Positions 1 through 8,186 of a DNA stretch of 64,000 nucleotides are shown piece after piece. A model generated the notes under the pieces. That model saw only the letters and a list, made by a program, of their open reading frames with translations, ran no database searches and was not told the origin of the DNA. This stretch comes from an uncultured Pseudomonadota bacterium (lineage in GTDB: Bacteria > Vulcanimicrobiota > Vulcanimicrobiia > Eremiobacterales > Eremiobacteraceae): contig CAVTNB010000001.1 of assembly GCA_963736005.1 (NCBI GenBank), positions 1,120,001-1,184,000 on the forward strand. The letters run 5' to 3'. Position numbers and translations under genes: made by a program. Each line of letters begins with the position of its first letter. Within the stretch, counting starts at the first letter, position 1.

Positions 1-1491
1 GCAGACGATCCGGAAGTTGCCGAGCTTTATCGCAAGATTGAGTGTCCAGTGCTCGTCATTCACGGCGAGCAAGACAAACTCGTTTCGTCCACGCGTGGGG
101 TCGCCGTCGCCAAAGCGACCGGCGCCCAGCTCGTCTTGGTTGAAGGCGGTGGCCACATGCTGTGGGCACGGCAGCCCGTGAAGATCAATCTGCTCTTGCG
201 AGAGTTTGCCGAGCGAGTGTTCTCTCAAGGGGGAGCGTTTCGTAACGGCGAGGGCGGCACAGGGCGGCGCTGGTCCGTGGCGCGCAAACGACCGAGGCGG
301 GCGCTGTACATCTCGTCGCCCATTGGCCTGGGTCATGCTATGCGCGACGTTGCCATCGCCGACGAATTGCGTAAGCTTCGTCCGGGACTTGAAGTGGACT
401 GGCTCGCGCAGCATCCGGTGACGGCAGTACTCGAGGCGCGCGGCGAACGCATTCATCCAGCCAGCCGCTTTTTGGCGAGCGAGAGCAAGCACATCGAAAG
501 CGAGTCGGCCGAGCACGACCTGCATGCATTTCAGGCCTTGCGGCGCATGGACGAGATCTTGGTCAACAACTTTATGGTGTTCCACGACATCGTGCGCGAC
601 GAGCCGTACGATCTCTGGATCGGCGATGAAGCATGGGAACTCGATTATTTCCTCCATGAGAACCCAGAAGAGAAACGCTCGCCCTACGTCTGGATGACCG
701 ATTTCGTCGGCTGGCTTCCGATGCCCGATGGTGGGCAACACGAAGAGTTCCTCACCGCCGATTACAATGCTGAAATGCTCGAGCAAATCGCGCGATATCC
801 ACGCCTACGCGACCGCTCGATCTTCGTCGGCAACCCAGAGGATATCGTTCCGCAGCGTTTTGGCCGAGATCTCCCTCAGATTGCCGACTGGACGAAGCAG
901 CATTACGATTTTTGTGGCTACATCACGGGCTTCGATTCCGCGACTTTCGCAGATCACGCCGGGCTGCGCGCCGAACTTGGCTACCGCCAGGATGAAGTGG
1001 TTTGCATCGTGACGGTCGGTGGGTCGGGCGTGGGCGAACATCTTTTGCGCAGAGTGATCGACGCGTATCCGCTTGCCAAGCAGCGCATTCCCAACCTGCG
1101 AATGATTGTCGTTGCAGGACCTCGGATCGACCCAGCATCGTTACCGTCGCCTCAGGGGCTCGAGGTTCGCGCTTACGTCCACGAACTGTATCGTCATCTG
1201 GCTGCTTGCGATATCGCCATCGTTCAAGGCGGGTTGACGACCACAATGGAGCTTACGGCGAACCGGCGGCCATTCTTATATTTTCCGCTGCGGCATCATT
1301 TCGAGCAGAACTTTCACGTGCGACATCGGCTCGAGCGCTATGCCGCCGGGCGGTGCATGGAGTATGCGACGGCGACGCCTGAAGTTATTGCCATGGCGCT
1401 TGCGCAAGAGCTGCAAAAGCCAGTCGCCTATAAGCCAGTAGACACCGACGGCGCATTCCGCGCAGCACAACGCATCGCGGAGTTGATCTAG
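1..1491 (+). CDS. Alpha/beta-hydrolase C-terminus fused to a GT-B glycosyltransferase (GT28/UGT-like); 5'-partial
   Basis: Frame open from base 1. Hydrolase tail motifs VLVIHGEQD and GGGH, then GT-B motifs SPIGLGH, VTVGGSG and QGGLTTTME. Confidence 0.8.
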   Translation, partial: ADDPEVAELYRKIECPVLVIHGEQDKLVSSTRGVAVAKATGAQLVLVEGGGHMLWARQPVKINLLLREFAERVFSQGGAFRNGEGGTGRRWSVARKRPRRALYISSPIGLGHAMRDVAIADELRKLRPGLEVDWLAQHPVTAVLEARGERIHPASRFLASESKHIESESAEHDLHAFQALRRMDEILVNNFMVFHDIVRDEPYDLWIGDEAWELDYFLHENPEEKRSPYVWMTDFVGWLPMPDGGQHEEFLTADYNAEMLEQIARYPRLRDRSIFVGNPEDIVPQRFGRDLPQIADWTKQHYDFCGYITGFDSATFADHAGLRAELGYRQDEVVCIVTVGGSGVGEHLLRRVIDAYPLAKQRIPNLRMIVVAGPRIDPASLPSPQGLEVRAYVHELYRHLAACDIAIVQGGLTTTMELTANRRPFLYFPLRHHFEQNFHVRHRLERYAAGRCMEYATATPEVIAMALAQELQKPVAYKPVDTDGAFRAAQRIAELI

Positions 1492-1502
1492 AGTTTCCCG
1501 TA

Positions 1503-2834
1503 TCAGTCGTTATCTGGCGGCATGACGCGTCGCCGGCTCATGAGCTCGGCCTTCGAGTATTTTGCGGTGACGACATGATAGGTTAGCGGCGTTTGCGCAA
1601 AATTGAAGCAGTCACTGAGATCATCGCCACGAGCATCGGTATATCCCAGCGAGCCAAGCCCGAACTGTTCCTCGGTGAAATGCAGAATGCTGCCGAATTC
1701 GTGCTGCGTGTGCGAGACATACCCGGGCTTCGCATAGGGTGAGATAACGATGAGGGGGACGCGGAATCCCAACTCGTAGGAATTGAAGATCTGCGGCTTG
1801 ACATGATCGTACCAGCCGCCCCAGTCATCCCAGGTCACAAAAATCACGGTATTCTTCCAATACTTGCTCGTTCCGATGGCATTGACGACGTCTGCTACCC
1901 ACGAGGGGCCCGCATCTGAGAGCGTATTGGCATGGTCGGAATTCGTTCCGTTTGGTATGACCCACGAGACGGCCGGCAGTTGTCCGAGGTTGATGTCGCT
2001 GAAGATATTGGTCTCGGGAATCGACACTTTGGCCCAATCCGACCCGTAGCGGATGTGGCTGATAGCATCAGGAGCCGCCCACAAGAAGTAGGGCTCCGGA
2101 GTGTAGTACTTCCACGAGATGCCCTTTGCGTCGAGAAGATCAAATAACGTCTGGTGATCGAAGCAAGGAAATTGCGAATGGGCCTCGCTGCCGCTTGGAT
2201 CGATCAGGGCAACCGTACTTCCCGGTGGCGAATCGCAGCCTTGATTCACTTTTGGCACAGCTGTCGGAAAACTCACGTTTTCAGCCACTAGCAGGTCACT
2301 CCCCGGAGTGGGGATCGATGTGCCTGACGTGATGAACATGTGCGCCGGAAAGCTCGGGCCTTGATTGGTCTGAAACATGCGGTCGGCGAACGTAAATTGT
2401 TCGGCGAGTGCGAAGTATGGCGCCGTTTCCGAATGGGGGACGTAGCCGTATGCAGCGTCCGCGGGCGGGGTGAAGCCCGGCTGCGGACCGGTCTTTTCGA
2501 GGTCGAACCCATTCATGTTACCGTTGGCATACTCAGTGACAAAGCCCGTGTGACTGTGGTCGAGGTCGTAAAGAGCTTCTAAACCAATCGGCTGGAGCGC
2601 TACAGTTGTGCCGTTCGAGGTCTGGCCCATGGTGACGGTATCCGCGCCAGGAAAGCCATTAAAGAGATCATCGACGGAGCGATTCTCTTGAAAGATGATG
2701 ACGATGTGCTGGATCTGGACCGAACCCGGCGTGGAACCCGATCCCGGAGCGATTGAGGAGCTTCCACCGCCGCCGCACGACGCGATGATCGAACACAGCC
2801 CTACCAAGATGTAGACAGCAATCCAAGCACGCAT
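1503..2834 (-). CDS. Phosphoesterase family protein (phospholipase C/acid phosphatase), probable lipoprotein
   Basis: IVIIFQENRSVD, GPSFPAH, WDDWGGWYDHV and GFRVPLIVISPY motifs; lipobox-like IIASC. Start could be 2834-2852. Confidence 0.85.
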   Translation of the reverse strand: MRAWIAVYILVGLCSIIASCGGGGSSSIAPGSGSTPGSVQIQHIVIIFQENRSVDDLFNGFPGADTVTMGQTSNGTTVALQPIGLEALYDLDHSHTGFVTEYANGNMNGFDLEKTGPQPGFTPPADAAYGYVPHSETAPYFALAEQFTFADRMFQTNQGPSFPAHMFITSGTSIPTPGSDLLVAENVSFPTAVPKVNQGCDSPPGSTVALIDPSGSEAHSQFPCFDHQTLFDLLDAKGISWKYYTPEPYFLWAAPDAISHIRYGSDWAKVSIPETNIFSDINLGQLPAVSWVIPNGTNSDHANTLSDAGPSWVADVVNAIGTSKYWKNTVIFVTWDDWGGWYDHVKPQIFNSYELGFRVPLIVISPYAKPGYVSHTQHEFGSILHFTEEQFGLGSLGYTDARGDDLSDCFNFAQTPLTYHVVTAKYSKAELMSRRRVMPPDND

Positions 2835-2982
2835 GCGAAGCATCTCCCTCATTCTTGCGCAGCTTCTCACCAACAAGAAAATCATACCTACTCGCAGAGG
2901 ACTGCTCATTAAGGCATGATGAGATCATGGCATCCAACGCATCACACCTCACGATGATGGAGCAACGGACCTGTAGGTCAGC

Positions 2983-3561
2983 TTGCCGAATCGCGCGTCA
3001 TGGAAGTCACAAATCGTGGCTGATGCTGACGCCGTCCGATCTTTCGCGAGCGGTCTGTTCATCCTGACCGGTTTCGGCGCGCTTTGGATGATTCTCGGAG
3101 CGCGCTTGCTCTGGGGATGGAATTGGCGCCCGCTACTTGTCATTGCACTTATCACGTTGATCTTAGGATTCAGCGCGCAAAAGGTGTGGATCGCCGCCAA
3201 GCATTTCGCAAACGCCGCTCCAGGAGGCGCGACCCCTGGATTTTTGGGCATCAACTTCGGCATGGTGACGACCCTTGAGTTTGCGCTGATATTCGCGCTC
3301 GCGTTTGCCCTCGGCCGGTTAGGACGGCCCGATCTGATCTTTCAGGTCGTTGCTCTCGTCGTGGGTCTGCACTTCATTCCACTCGCAGCGATCTTTCACG
3401 GGCCGATCTATTTCGGGACTGCAGCTGCGATCATTCTTGCGTCGCTTGGCGCTTTTGTCTTTCATGACCCGGCCTTGCGCCAAGGGGTGGCGTGCATAGG
3501 ATGTGGAGCATCGCTCTGGCTGACCTCTGCTATCATGCTGAGGATGAGTGGAATTTCATAA
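2983..3561 (+). CDS. Multi-pass membrane protein of unknown function
   Basis: About 6 hydrophobic segments and a VGLHFIPLA motif; fills the gap between flanking genes. Confidence 0.7.
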   Translation: MPNRASWKSQIVADADAVRSFASGLFILTGFGALWMILGARLLWGWNWRPLLVIALITLILGFSAQKVWIAAKHFANAAPGGATPGFLGINFGMVTTLEFALIFALAFALGRLGRPDLIFQVVALVVGLHFIPLAAIFHGPIYFGTAAAIILASLGAFVFHDPALRQGVACIGCGASLWLTSAIMLRMSGIS

Positions 3562-4884
3562 GCCTAATTGCAACGCTTTTTGAGCTTCGTCCGCAAAAAA
3601 CGGGTGAAAGTGAGCGTTGAGAGAGAGCGCCCAGCGCAGACGTCGGCGGGCGCGGTCGACCTTGCCATTGTGAAGCTCGATCATCCCAGTATGAAACTGC
3701 AAGCGCGGGTCTTGGGTGCCTAGGGCGGCCGCGCGCTCAGCGTGCGGGAGTGCCTCGCCCCACCGACCGGCTTGAGCGAGTGCCCACCCAAGGGTGTCTT
3801 CTGCATAGATGTCGTCGCGGCTAGCAAGATCTCGCCGTGCGATGGTCTCCGCTCGGTCCAGCGAGAGGTCATGATCGCTATAAAAGATTGCGATAAGCCG
3901 GTCGTTGATACCCTGCGTGTTGCCAATGCGCTCGATGGCGCCGATCAGTTTTGCGGTTAGCTCGGCCCCTCGTGTATCTCCGAGCGCTCGTTGCGCATCG
4001 TACTCGTAGCCTAAGGCCTCAGGCAATGGATAGACATCTGCTGATTGCTTTGCAAACGCCAGCGCCTCGCGCCAACGTCTGCTGGCCCAATAGACCTTGG
4101 CCAAACCGTTCGTCGCGTGCCAGTAGTTGGGAAAGATCGCAAGCGCTACCTTATAATCTGCTTCGGCAGCCGTGAGGTCACCCGCCTCGAACGCAAGGTC
4201 TCCAGCGCGCCAATGGAACCACGCCCGGTTTTCGGCTGCTGCGTACGCGTTGTCATCAATATCCGCTTGCGCGCTCGCGATGAGGTCTCGCGCAGCAGAA
4301 ACGTTTCCGGTCAGCTCCGCATAACGGGCAGCTGCGGTCTGCCAACTGGTGTCGGCACGCGCTCCAGGAGATCCGCTCAAGAGTGCCCCGGCTCGGGCAT
4401 ACTGGCCAAGCTCTATATCGAGTGATGCCGCGGTTGCGCGAGCATCCGGGCTCCAAGGTGTCAGCAAGACGACGTCATCGGCGTAGCGTTTGGCAAGCCT
4501 AAACTTGTGCAAGGCTGTGTATGCGGAAGCAAGGGTGGATTCTGCCGCTACGTTGTAACGCGGCTGGTAGCGCATGGCGAGTTGCGCATTGGCGACGGCG
4601 CGCAGCAAGTCGCCGACGTCGGGGGCTTCGCGAAATCGTTGCAGGTATTGAGCGGCGAGCATGCGAGTATCGAGCTGGTCCGGATGCCGCCTGACATCGG
4701 CTTCGAGGTCCCCGATGATGCCGTCGCGAGCGAGGTAATCCGGAATGACCTGCGCCATGGTTGGCGCCGGCGCTGGGGCGATTTGAGCATTGTCATGCGC
4801 GTGCGATGCAGCGTATGCAGCAGCGGCGAGTGCAACAAGTGCGCTCGCCACCACCGCTATTGTCGTTCGCGTGCGCGCGATCAT
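3556..4884 (-). CDS. Exported tetratricopeptide-repeat protein (DUF4331-associated type)
   Basis: Signal peptide, Ala-rich helical repeats and a DTLGWAL/FHTGMI C-terminal TPR; directly downstream of the DUF4331 genes. Confidence 0.8.
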   Translation of the reverse strand: MIARTRTTIAVVASALVALAAAAYAASHAHDNAQIAPAPAPTMAQVIPDYLARDGIIGDLEADVRRHPDQLDTRMLAAQYLQRFREAPDVGDLLRAVANAQLAMRYQPRYNVAAESTLASAYTALHKFRLAKRYADDVVLLTPWSPDARATAASLDIELGQYARAGALLSGSPGARADTSWQTAAARYAELTGNVSAARDLIASAQADIDDNAYAAAENRAWFHWRAGDLAFEAGDLTAAEADYKVALAIFPNYWHATNGLAKVYWASRRWREALAFAKQSADVYPLPEALGYEYDAQRALGDTRGAELTAKLIGAIERIGNTQGINDRLIAIFYSDHDLSLDRAETIARRDLASRDDIYAEDTLGWALAQAGRWGEALPHAERAAALGTQDPRLQFHTGMIELHNGKVDRARRRLRWALSLNAHFHPFFADEAQKALQLGL

Positions 4885-4892
4885 CGATCGTC

Positions 4893-5516
4893 TTAGTACG
4901 GCGTATTGACGTACGGGAAGGTCGCGCTGTAGCTTTGGAACGCGCCTTCTCCGTTCGAGAGGTTGTCATCGGTAAGACACCACGACTCGTTCCCATCATC
5001 CGGCGCGCCACCCAGAGCCGCTACCGTGTTGCCGAAGATGATGCCGAGCGATGTCTTGATCGTATCGTCGTTGAGCCAGCGGCCGCCGAACGTCGAGCCA
5101 GTGGCGCCTGCCGTTTCGACTCCAAGGTAGGCAGCGCATGGCGTGTTTGCCGTTCCGCAACCGGCGACCGTCTTGCTGAGGTCGACCTTCATTTCATCGG
5201 GAATGAGGACACTGACGATGAAGTTGCTGGTTGCCGTGCTTCGGTTGGCGACGCCGCCTGAACCGGGCGGTCCCAAGAAGGTTGTGATAGCGCTTTGCAG
5301 TGCCGTGTCGTTGGTCGGCGCGCTGCGATTGGTTTGATCGTGGTTGGCGAACGCTTCGAACGCTTCTTTAATTGCCGGTCGAGAGAGGCGTTCGATTTGC
5401 ACGTACTGCGCCACGGTTGGTGGAGTGCCCGGTGGGTTGCTGGCGCTTGTGTTGCAGCCCGCAAAGGCAACCGTCAGAACGCCGACCGCGGCGATTTTGA
5501 TCAGGCTAGTATTCAT
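4893..5516 (-). CDS. DUF4331 family lipoprotein (C-terminal-half type)
   Basis: QIERLSRPAIKE, GGRWLNDD and terminal TFPYV motifs; lipobox FAGC; GGAGG RBS before ATG 5516. Confidence 0.75.
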   Translation of the reverse strand: MNTSLIKIAAVGVLTVAFAGCNTSASNPPGTPPTVAQYVQIERLSRPAIKEAFEAFANHDQTNRSAPTNDTALQSAITTFLGPPGSGGVANRSTATSNFIVSVLIPDEMKVDLSKTVAGCGTANTPCAAYLGVETAGATGSTFGGRWLNDDTIKTSLGIIFGNTVAALGGAPDDGNESWCLTDDNLSNGEGAFQSYSATFPYVNTPY

Positions 5517-5529
5517 TGTTGCATTCCTC

Positions 5530-6336
5530 CTAGGAGCCGGACTTCGTGCTGGTCGTCGTCCACACGCCGATGACCGGGTGCGTCGCGTTGAGCAAAAGCG
5601 ACTTGGGCATCTCTGCGACGATGGCGATGACGTTAAACTGGTGTGAAGAGAGCGCATCTGATGCAGGCATCAGGCTGCAGCTCGTGCTGTGCAGGGTATT
5701 GAAGCCTGCCGTGAAGCCATTGAAGCTCCCAGCAGTCGCACCGCCGCACGGCACGCCGAAGCCATTGGTAAACGGCGAGTGACAACCGTAATAGCGGTCG
5801 GGAATGATGTTGAAGAATGTTAGGAGATCGAAGAAAAACGGGTCTTTGGTTGGTCCAACGAAAACCTTGACACCGTTCGACTGAACCGTGCCGCTCGTAT
5901 CGTTAAACACCACGCTTCCGGTTTTTCCGACAAACGTAGAATTGGTTCCGGTCTCATTAGGTTTGGCTGGGCCGTAGAGGTCGATCGTCTGACCGGCACC
6001 CGCCGACTTTGCTTTGAGCTGAAAGACGAGGTCTTCGACGCCGTCACCGGTGTTGTCGACCTTGAATTGATACATAACGGCCGGATCGAGCGCAACGGTG
6101 CCGAGCTGACTGTGCGTAATGAGCGGCCAGACGTCCATTTGCAGGACGATGTTATTCGGGTTGTCCGGCGCTTGGTAGGCAAAGACGTCGGTAATGTCCG
6201 CGGCTGGACGATTGACCGTCGTTGGTGAATCTTGATGATCCGAGCCGCGCACTGGATGCGCGGTGTAGAAAAGAATGGCCCCAGCGATAACGGCTATGCC
6301 GATGCCGGCGGCCGCGCGAAGTGTTTGACGTTTCAT
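5530..6336 (-). CDS. DUF4331 family protein (N-terminal-half type)
   Basis: Signal peptide followed by SDHQDSP, DITDVFAY, YQFKVDNTGD and FVGPTKDPFFFD; GGAGG RBS. Confidence 0.8.
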   Translation of the reverse strand: MKRQTLRAAAGIGIAVIAGAILFYTAHPVRGSDHQDSPTTVNRPAADITDVFAYQAPDNPNNIVLQMDVWPLITHSQLGTVALDPAVMYQFKVDNTGDGVEDLVFQLKAKSAGAGQTIDLYGPAKPNETGTNSTFVGKTGSVVFNDTSGTVQSNGVKVFVGPTKDPFFFDLLTFFNIIPDRYYGCHSPFTNGFGVPCGGATAGSFNGFTAGFNTLHSTSCSLMPASDALSSHQFNVIAIVAEMPKSLLLNATHPVIGVWTTTSTKSGS

Positions 6337-6403
6337 CGAGTCGCCTCCATAAGTGCGTAGTTGCGAGCCGCTTCTTTCGTGTTGCGCCGGCAACTGATGG
6401 CTC

Positions 6404-6429
6404 AACGAGGCATCTGATGAATCGGATGA
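6404..6429 (-). promoter_or_regulatory. Putative ECF-sigma promoter TCATCC-N16-CGTT (proximal) for the DUF4331 operon
   Basis: The same bipartite motif with identical spacing occurs at 6557-6582 and 19039-19064. Confidence 0.6.
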
Positions 6430-6474
6430 GATGATTCTGCAATCGCGCTGGTTCGATGCGACGCGAAACCCAAT

Positions 6475-6499
6475 GTAGCAGCGGACCTTTAGGTCCGCT
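6475..6499 (+). repeat. REP element, family C (GTAGCAGCGGACC-TTT-AGGTCCGCT)
   Basis: GTAG tag plus palindrome; related copies at 25194, 28405 and 56354. Confidence 0.7.
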
Positions 6500-6556
6500 C
6501 TCGATCGCGCAAACGCCAAGCGGAAGCGCGCCACTCTTGTGGCGCTTTGATGGGAT

Positions 6557-6582
6557 AACGATTCGCAACCACGATCGGATGA
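6557..6582 (-). promoter_or_regulatory. Putative ECF-sigma promoter TCATCC-N16-CGTT (distal) for the DUF4331 operon
   Basis: Minus strand reads TCATCC-gatcgtggttgcgaat-CGTT. Confidence 0.55.
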
Positions 6583-6611
6583 CGATAGGGCCCCATCGCA
6601 CAACCCCGAAC

Positions 6612-7079
6612 ATGTGGCAAAACCTCATGCTGCCCCAATCACTCGTGGGTTTCGATCATCGCCTCATTGAGTTTGCTCGAAAGCGCGGGCCTACCATCCT
6701 GCGCATAGCGTTGGGTATCGTCTTTGTGTGGTTCGGAGCGCTCAAGATCTTCGGCGTCAGCCCGGTGGCAGGGCTTGTGGCCGAGACCGCCGCGTTTGTG
6801 CCGCCACTGGTCGCCGTTGTCGGCGTCGGCATCGTCGAGGTGGTCATCGGACTTGGCCTGCTCAGCGGAATTGCCATCCGCGTGACGATGTTGCTCTTCT
6901 TCTTACAGATGGCTGCGACGTTCTTGCCGGTCGTTACGCACCCGCACTTGGTTTTTGTGGGCAGCAACCCTCTGGTGCTCACAACGCTCGGCGAGTTCAT
7001 CTGCAAGAATCTCGTGCTGCTTGCCGCAGGCATGGTCGTCGTCGCCTCGGTGCCCAAGGCGCAACCGACATCTCGCTAG
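6612..7079 (+). CDS. DoxX/DUF417-like inner membrane protein
   Basis: LRIALGIVFVWFGALK and GEFICKNLVL motifs; 4 TM segments. Confidence 0.8.
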   Translation: MWQNLMLPQSLVGFDHRLIEFARKRGPTILRIALGIVFVWFGALKIFGVSPVAGLVAETAAFVPPLVAVVGVGIVEVVIGLGLLSGIAIRVTMLLFFLQMAATFLPVVTHPHLVFVGSNPLVLTTLGEFICKNLVLLAAGMVVVASVPKAQPTSR

Positions 7080-7111
7080 CCGAAGCGATCGCATTTGCGT
7101 GGAGCAGCCGC

Positions 7112-7588
7112 TCAGCGACTGGCTGCGGTGACAATCCTCATGAGCGTGTTGGTGAAAGCTTCGCGCTCTCGCGCTGACAGGCGGTCCAGTTCGCGGTAGA
7201 CGCCGGAGCGCATGTAGTCGCTTTGAACCGCAGCACCGATCTTGCGCCCTCTTGAGGTGAGCCGCACATAGCGCACGCGCCGGTCGTTCTTCGAGGAGAC
7301 TCGCTCGACGAGGCCCCCCTCCTCGAGGCGGTCGAGCATGCTGGAAAGATTGCCCGCGTCGCATCCGCACTGGCGCGCGAGGTCCCCAGACGTGACCCCC
7401 TCGGTTTGGTACAGGTGCCAGATGGCGATGGCCATGGGCTTGGAGGAGAGGCCTTGGCGCCCCGAGATTTTCCTTAACTCGTCGACCACGTTTTCGCCAG
7501 CGGCGATGAGCGCCTTGACCGTTGGTAGGTACAGTTCATCCCACCCCTCGGGGTGGAGGGCTTCCTGTACTTTTGGTCTACTTGACAT
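7112..7588 (-). CDS. MarR family transcriptional regulator
   Basis: wHTH: LARQCGCDAGNLSSMLDRLEEGGLVER...DRRVRYVRLT. Confidence 0.9.
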   Translation of the reverse strand: MSSRPKVQEALHPEGWDELYLPTVKALIAAGENVVDELRKISGRQGLSSKPMAIAIWHLYQTEGVTSGDLARQCGCDAGNLSSMLDRLEEGGLVERVSSKNDRRVRYVRLTSRGRKIGAAVQSDYMRSGVYRELDRLSAREREAFTNTLMRIVTAASR

Positions 7589-7646
7589 ATTTGTTAAATA
7601 CAAGTATATTACGGGCAGAGCACATATTTGTTAATTACAACTATAT
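7582..7646 (+). promoter_or_regulatory. Sigma70 promoter (TTGACA-17-TATATT) overlapped by two palindromic operators
   Basis: ACATATTTGTTAAATACAAGTATAT at 7585-7609 and ACATATTTGTTAATTACAACTATAT at 7622-7646, between the divergent marR and STAS genes. Confidence 0.7.
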
Positions 7647-7663
7647 CATAAGGGCCAAGTCTC

Positions 7664-8002
7664 ATGCAACCTGAAGTTATCGTAACCCCACTCGCGGAGC
7701 CCTTGACGGATGTGACACGCGCACGTTTGCGGAGCGCAATCCGCAAGGAGATGGCTCGTGGAAATCTGTTCCATGTGGTCGATCTGAGCAAACTTGAGCA
7801 CCTCGATGCCGGCACATTATCCGAACTCATTCGAGTGCGACGTTGGCTGCGCGAGGTTGGCGGGATGCTTTCACTCGTCGCCGATCAGCCAAACATTCTG
7901 AAAATCCTCACGATCGCGGGGTTGGACCGCGTCTTCGGCGTGTATCGAAGCGATCGTGACGCGATGGACGCCATGAACCCGTCGAACCTTATCCCGGCCT
8001 AG
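7664..8002 (+). CDS. STAS-domain protein (anti-sigma factor antagonist-like)
   Basis: VVDLSKLEHLDAGTL and ILTIAGLDRVF motifs. Confidence 0.85.
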   Translation: MQPEVIVTPLAEPLTDVTRARLRSAIRKEMARGNLFHVVDLSKLEHLDAGTLSELIRVRRWLREVGGMLSLVADQPNILKILTIAGLDRVFGVYRSDRDAMDAMNPSNLIPA

Positions 8003-8123
8003 ATTCCTCTAATGGTTGTTGCCGGCGCGGCCGGGAGAGATCCGGGCAAGAGAGTCTACGCAGACTCCATCATGGGCATTAAGGCTGCTTCGGCAGCTTG
8101 ACGCGGTCGTGAAGTCTCTTGAT

Positions 8124-8156
8124 AAGAGAGCCGGTCTCTTACGATCGGCTCTCTTT
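8124..8156. terminator. Probable intrinsic terminator between the convergent STAS and S53 genes
   Basis: AAGAGAGCCGGTC...GATCGGCTCTCTT hairpin. Confidence 0.5.
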
Positions 8157-8186
8157 CGCTCATGGGTCTGTTTTTGGGCCCAGGTT

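Noticed and set aside
2930..2955. Fourth ECF promoter copy (GCATCC-N16-CGAT)
   Set aside because: It mismatches in both boxes, too weak to claim without a genome-wide model.
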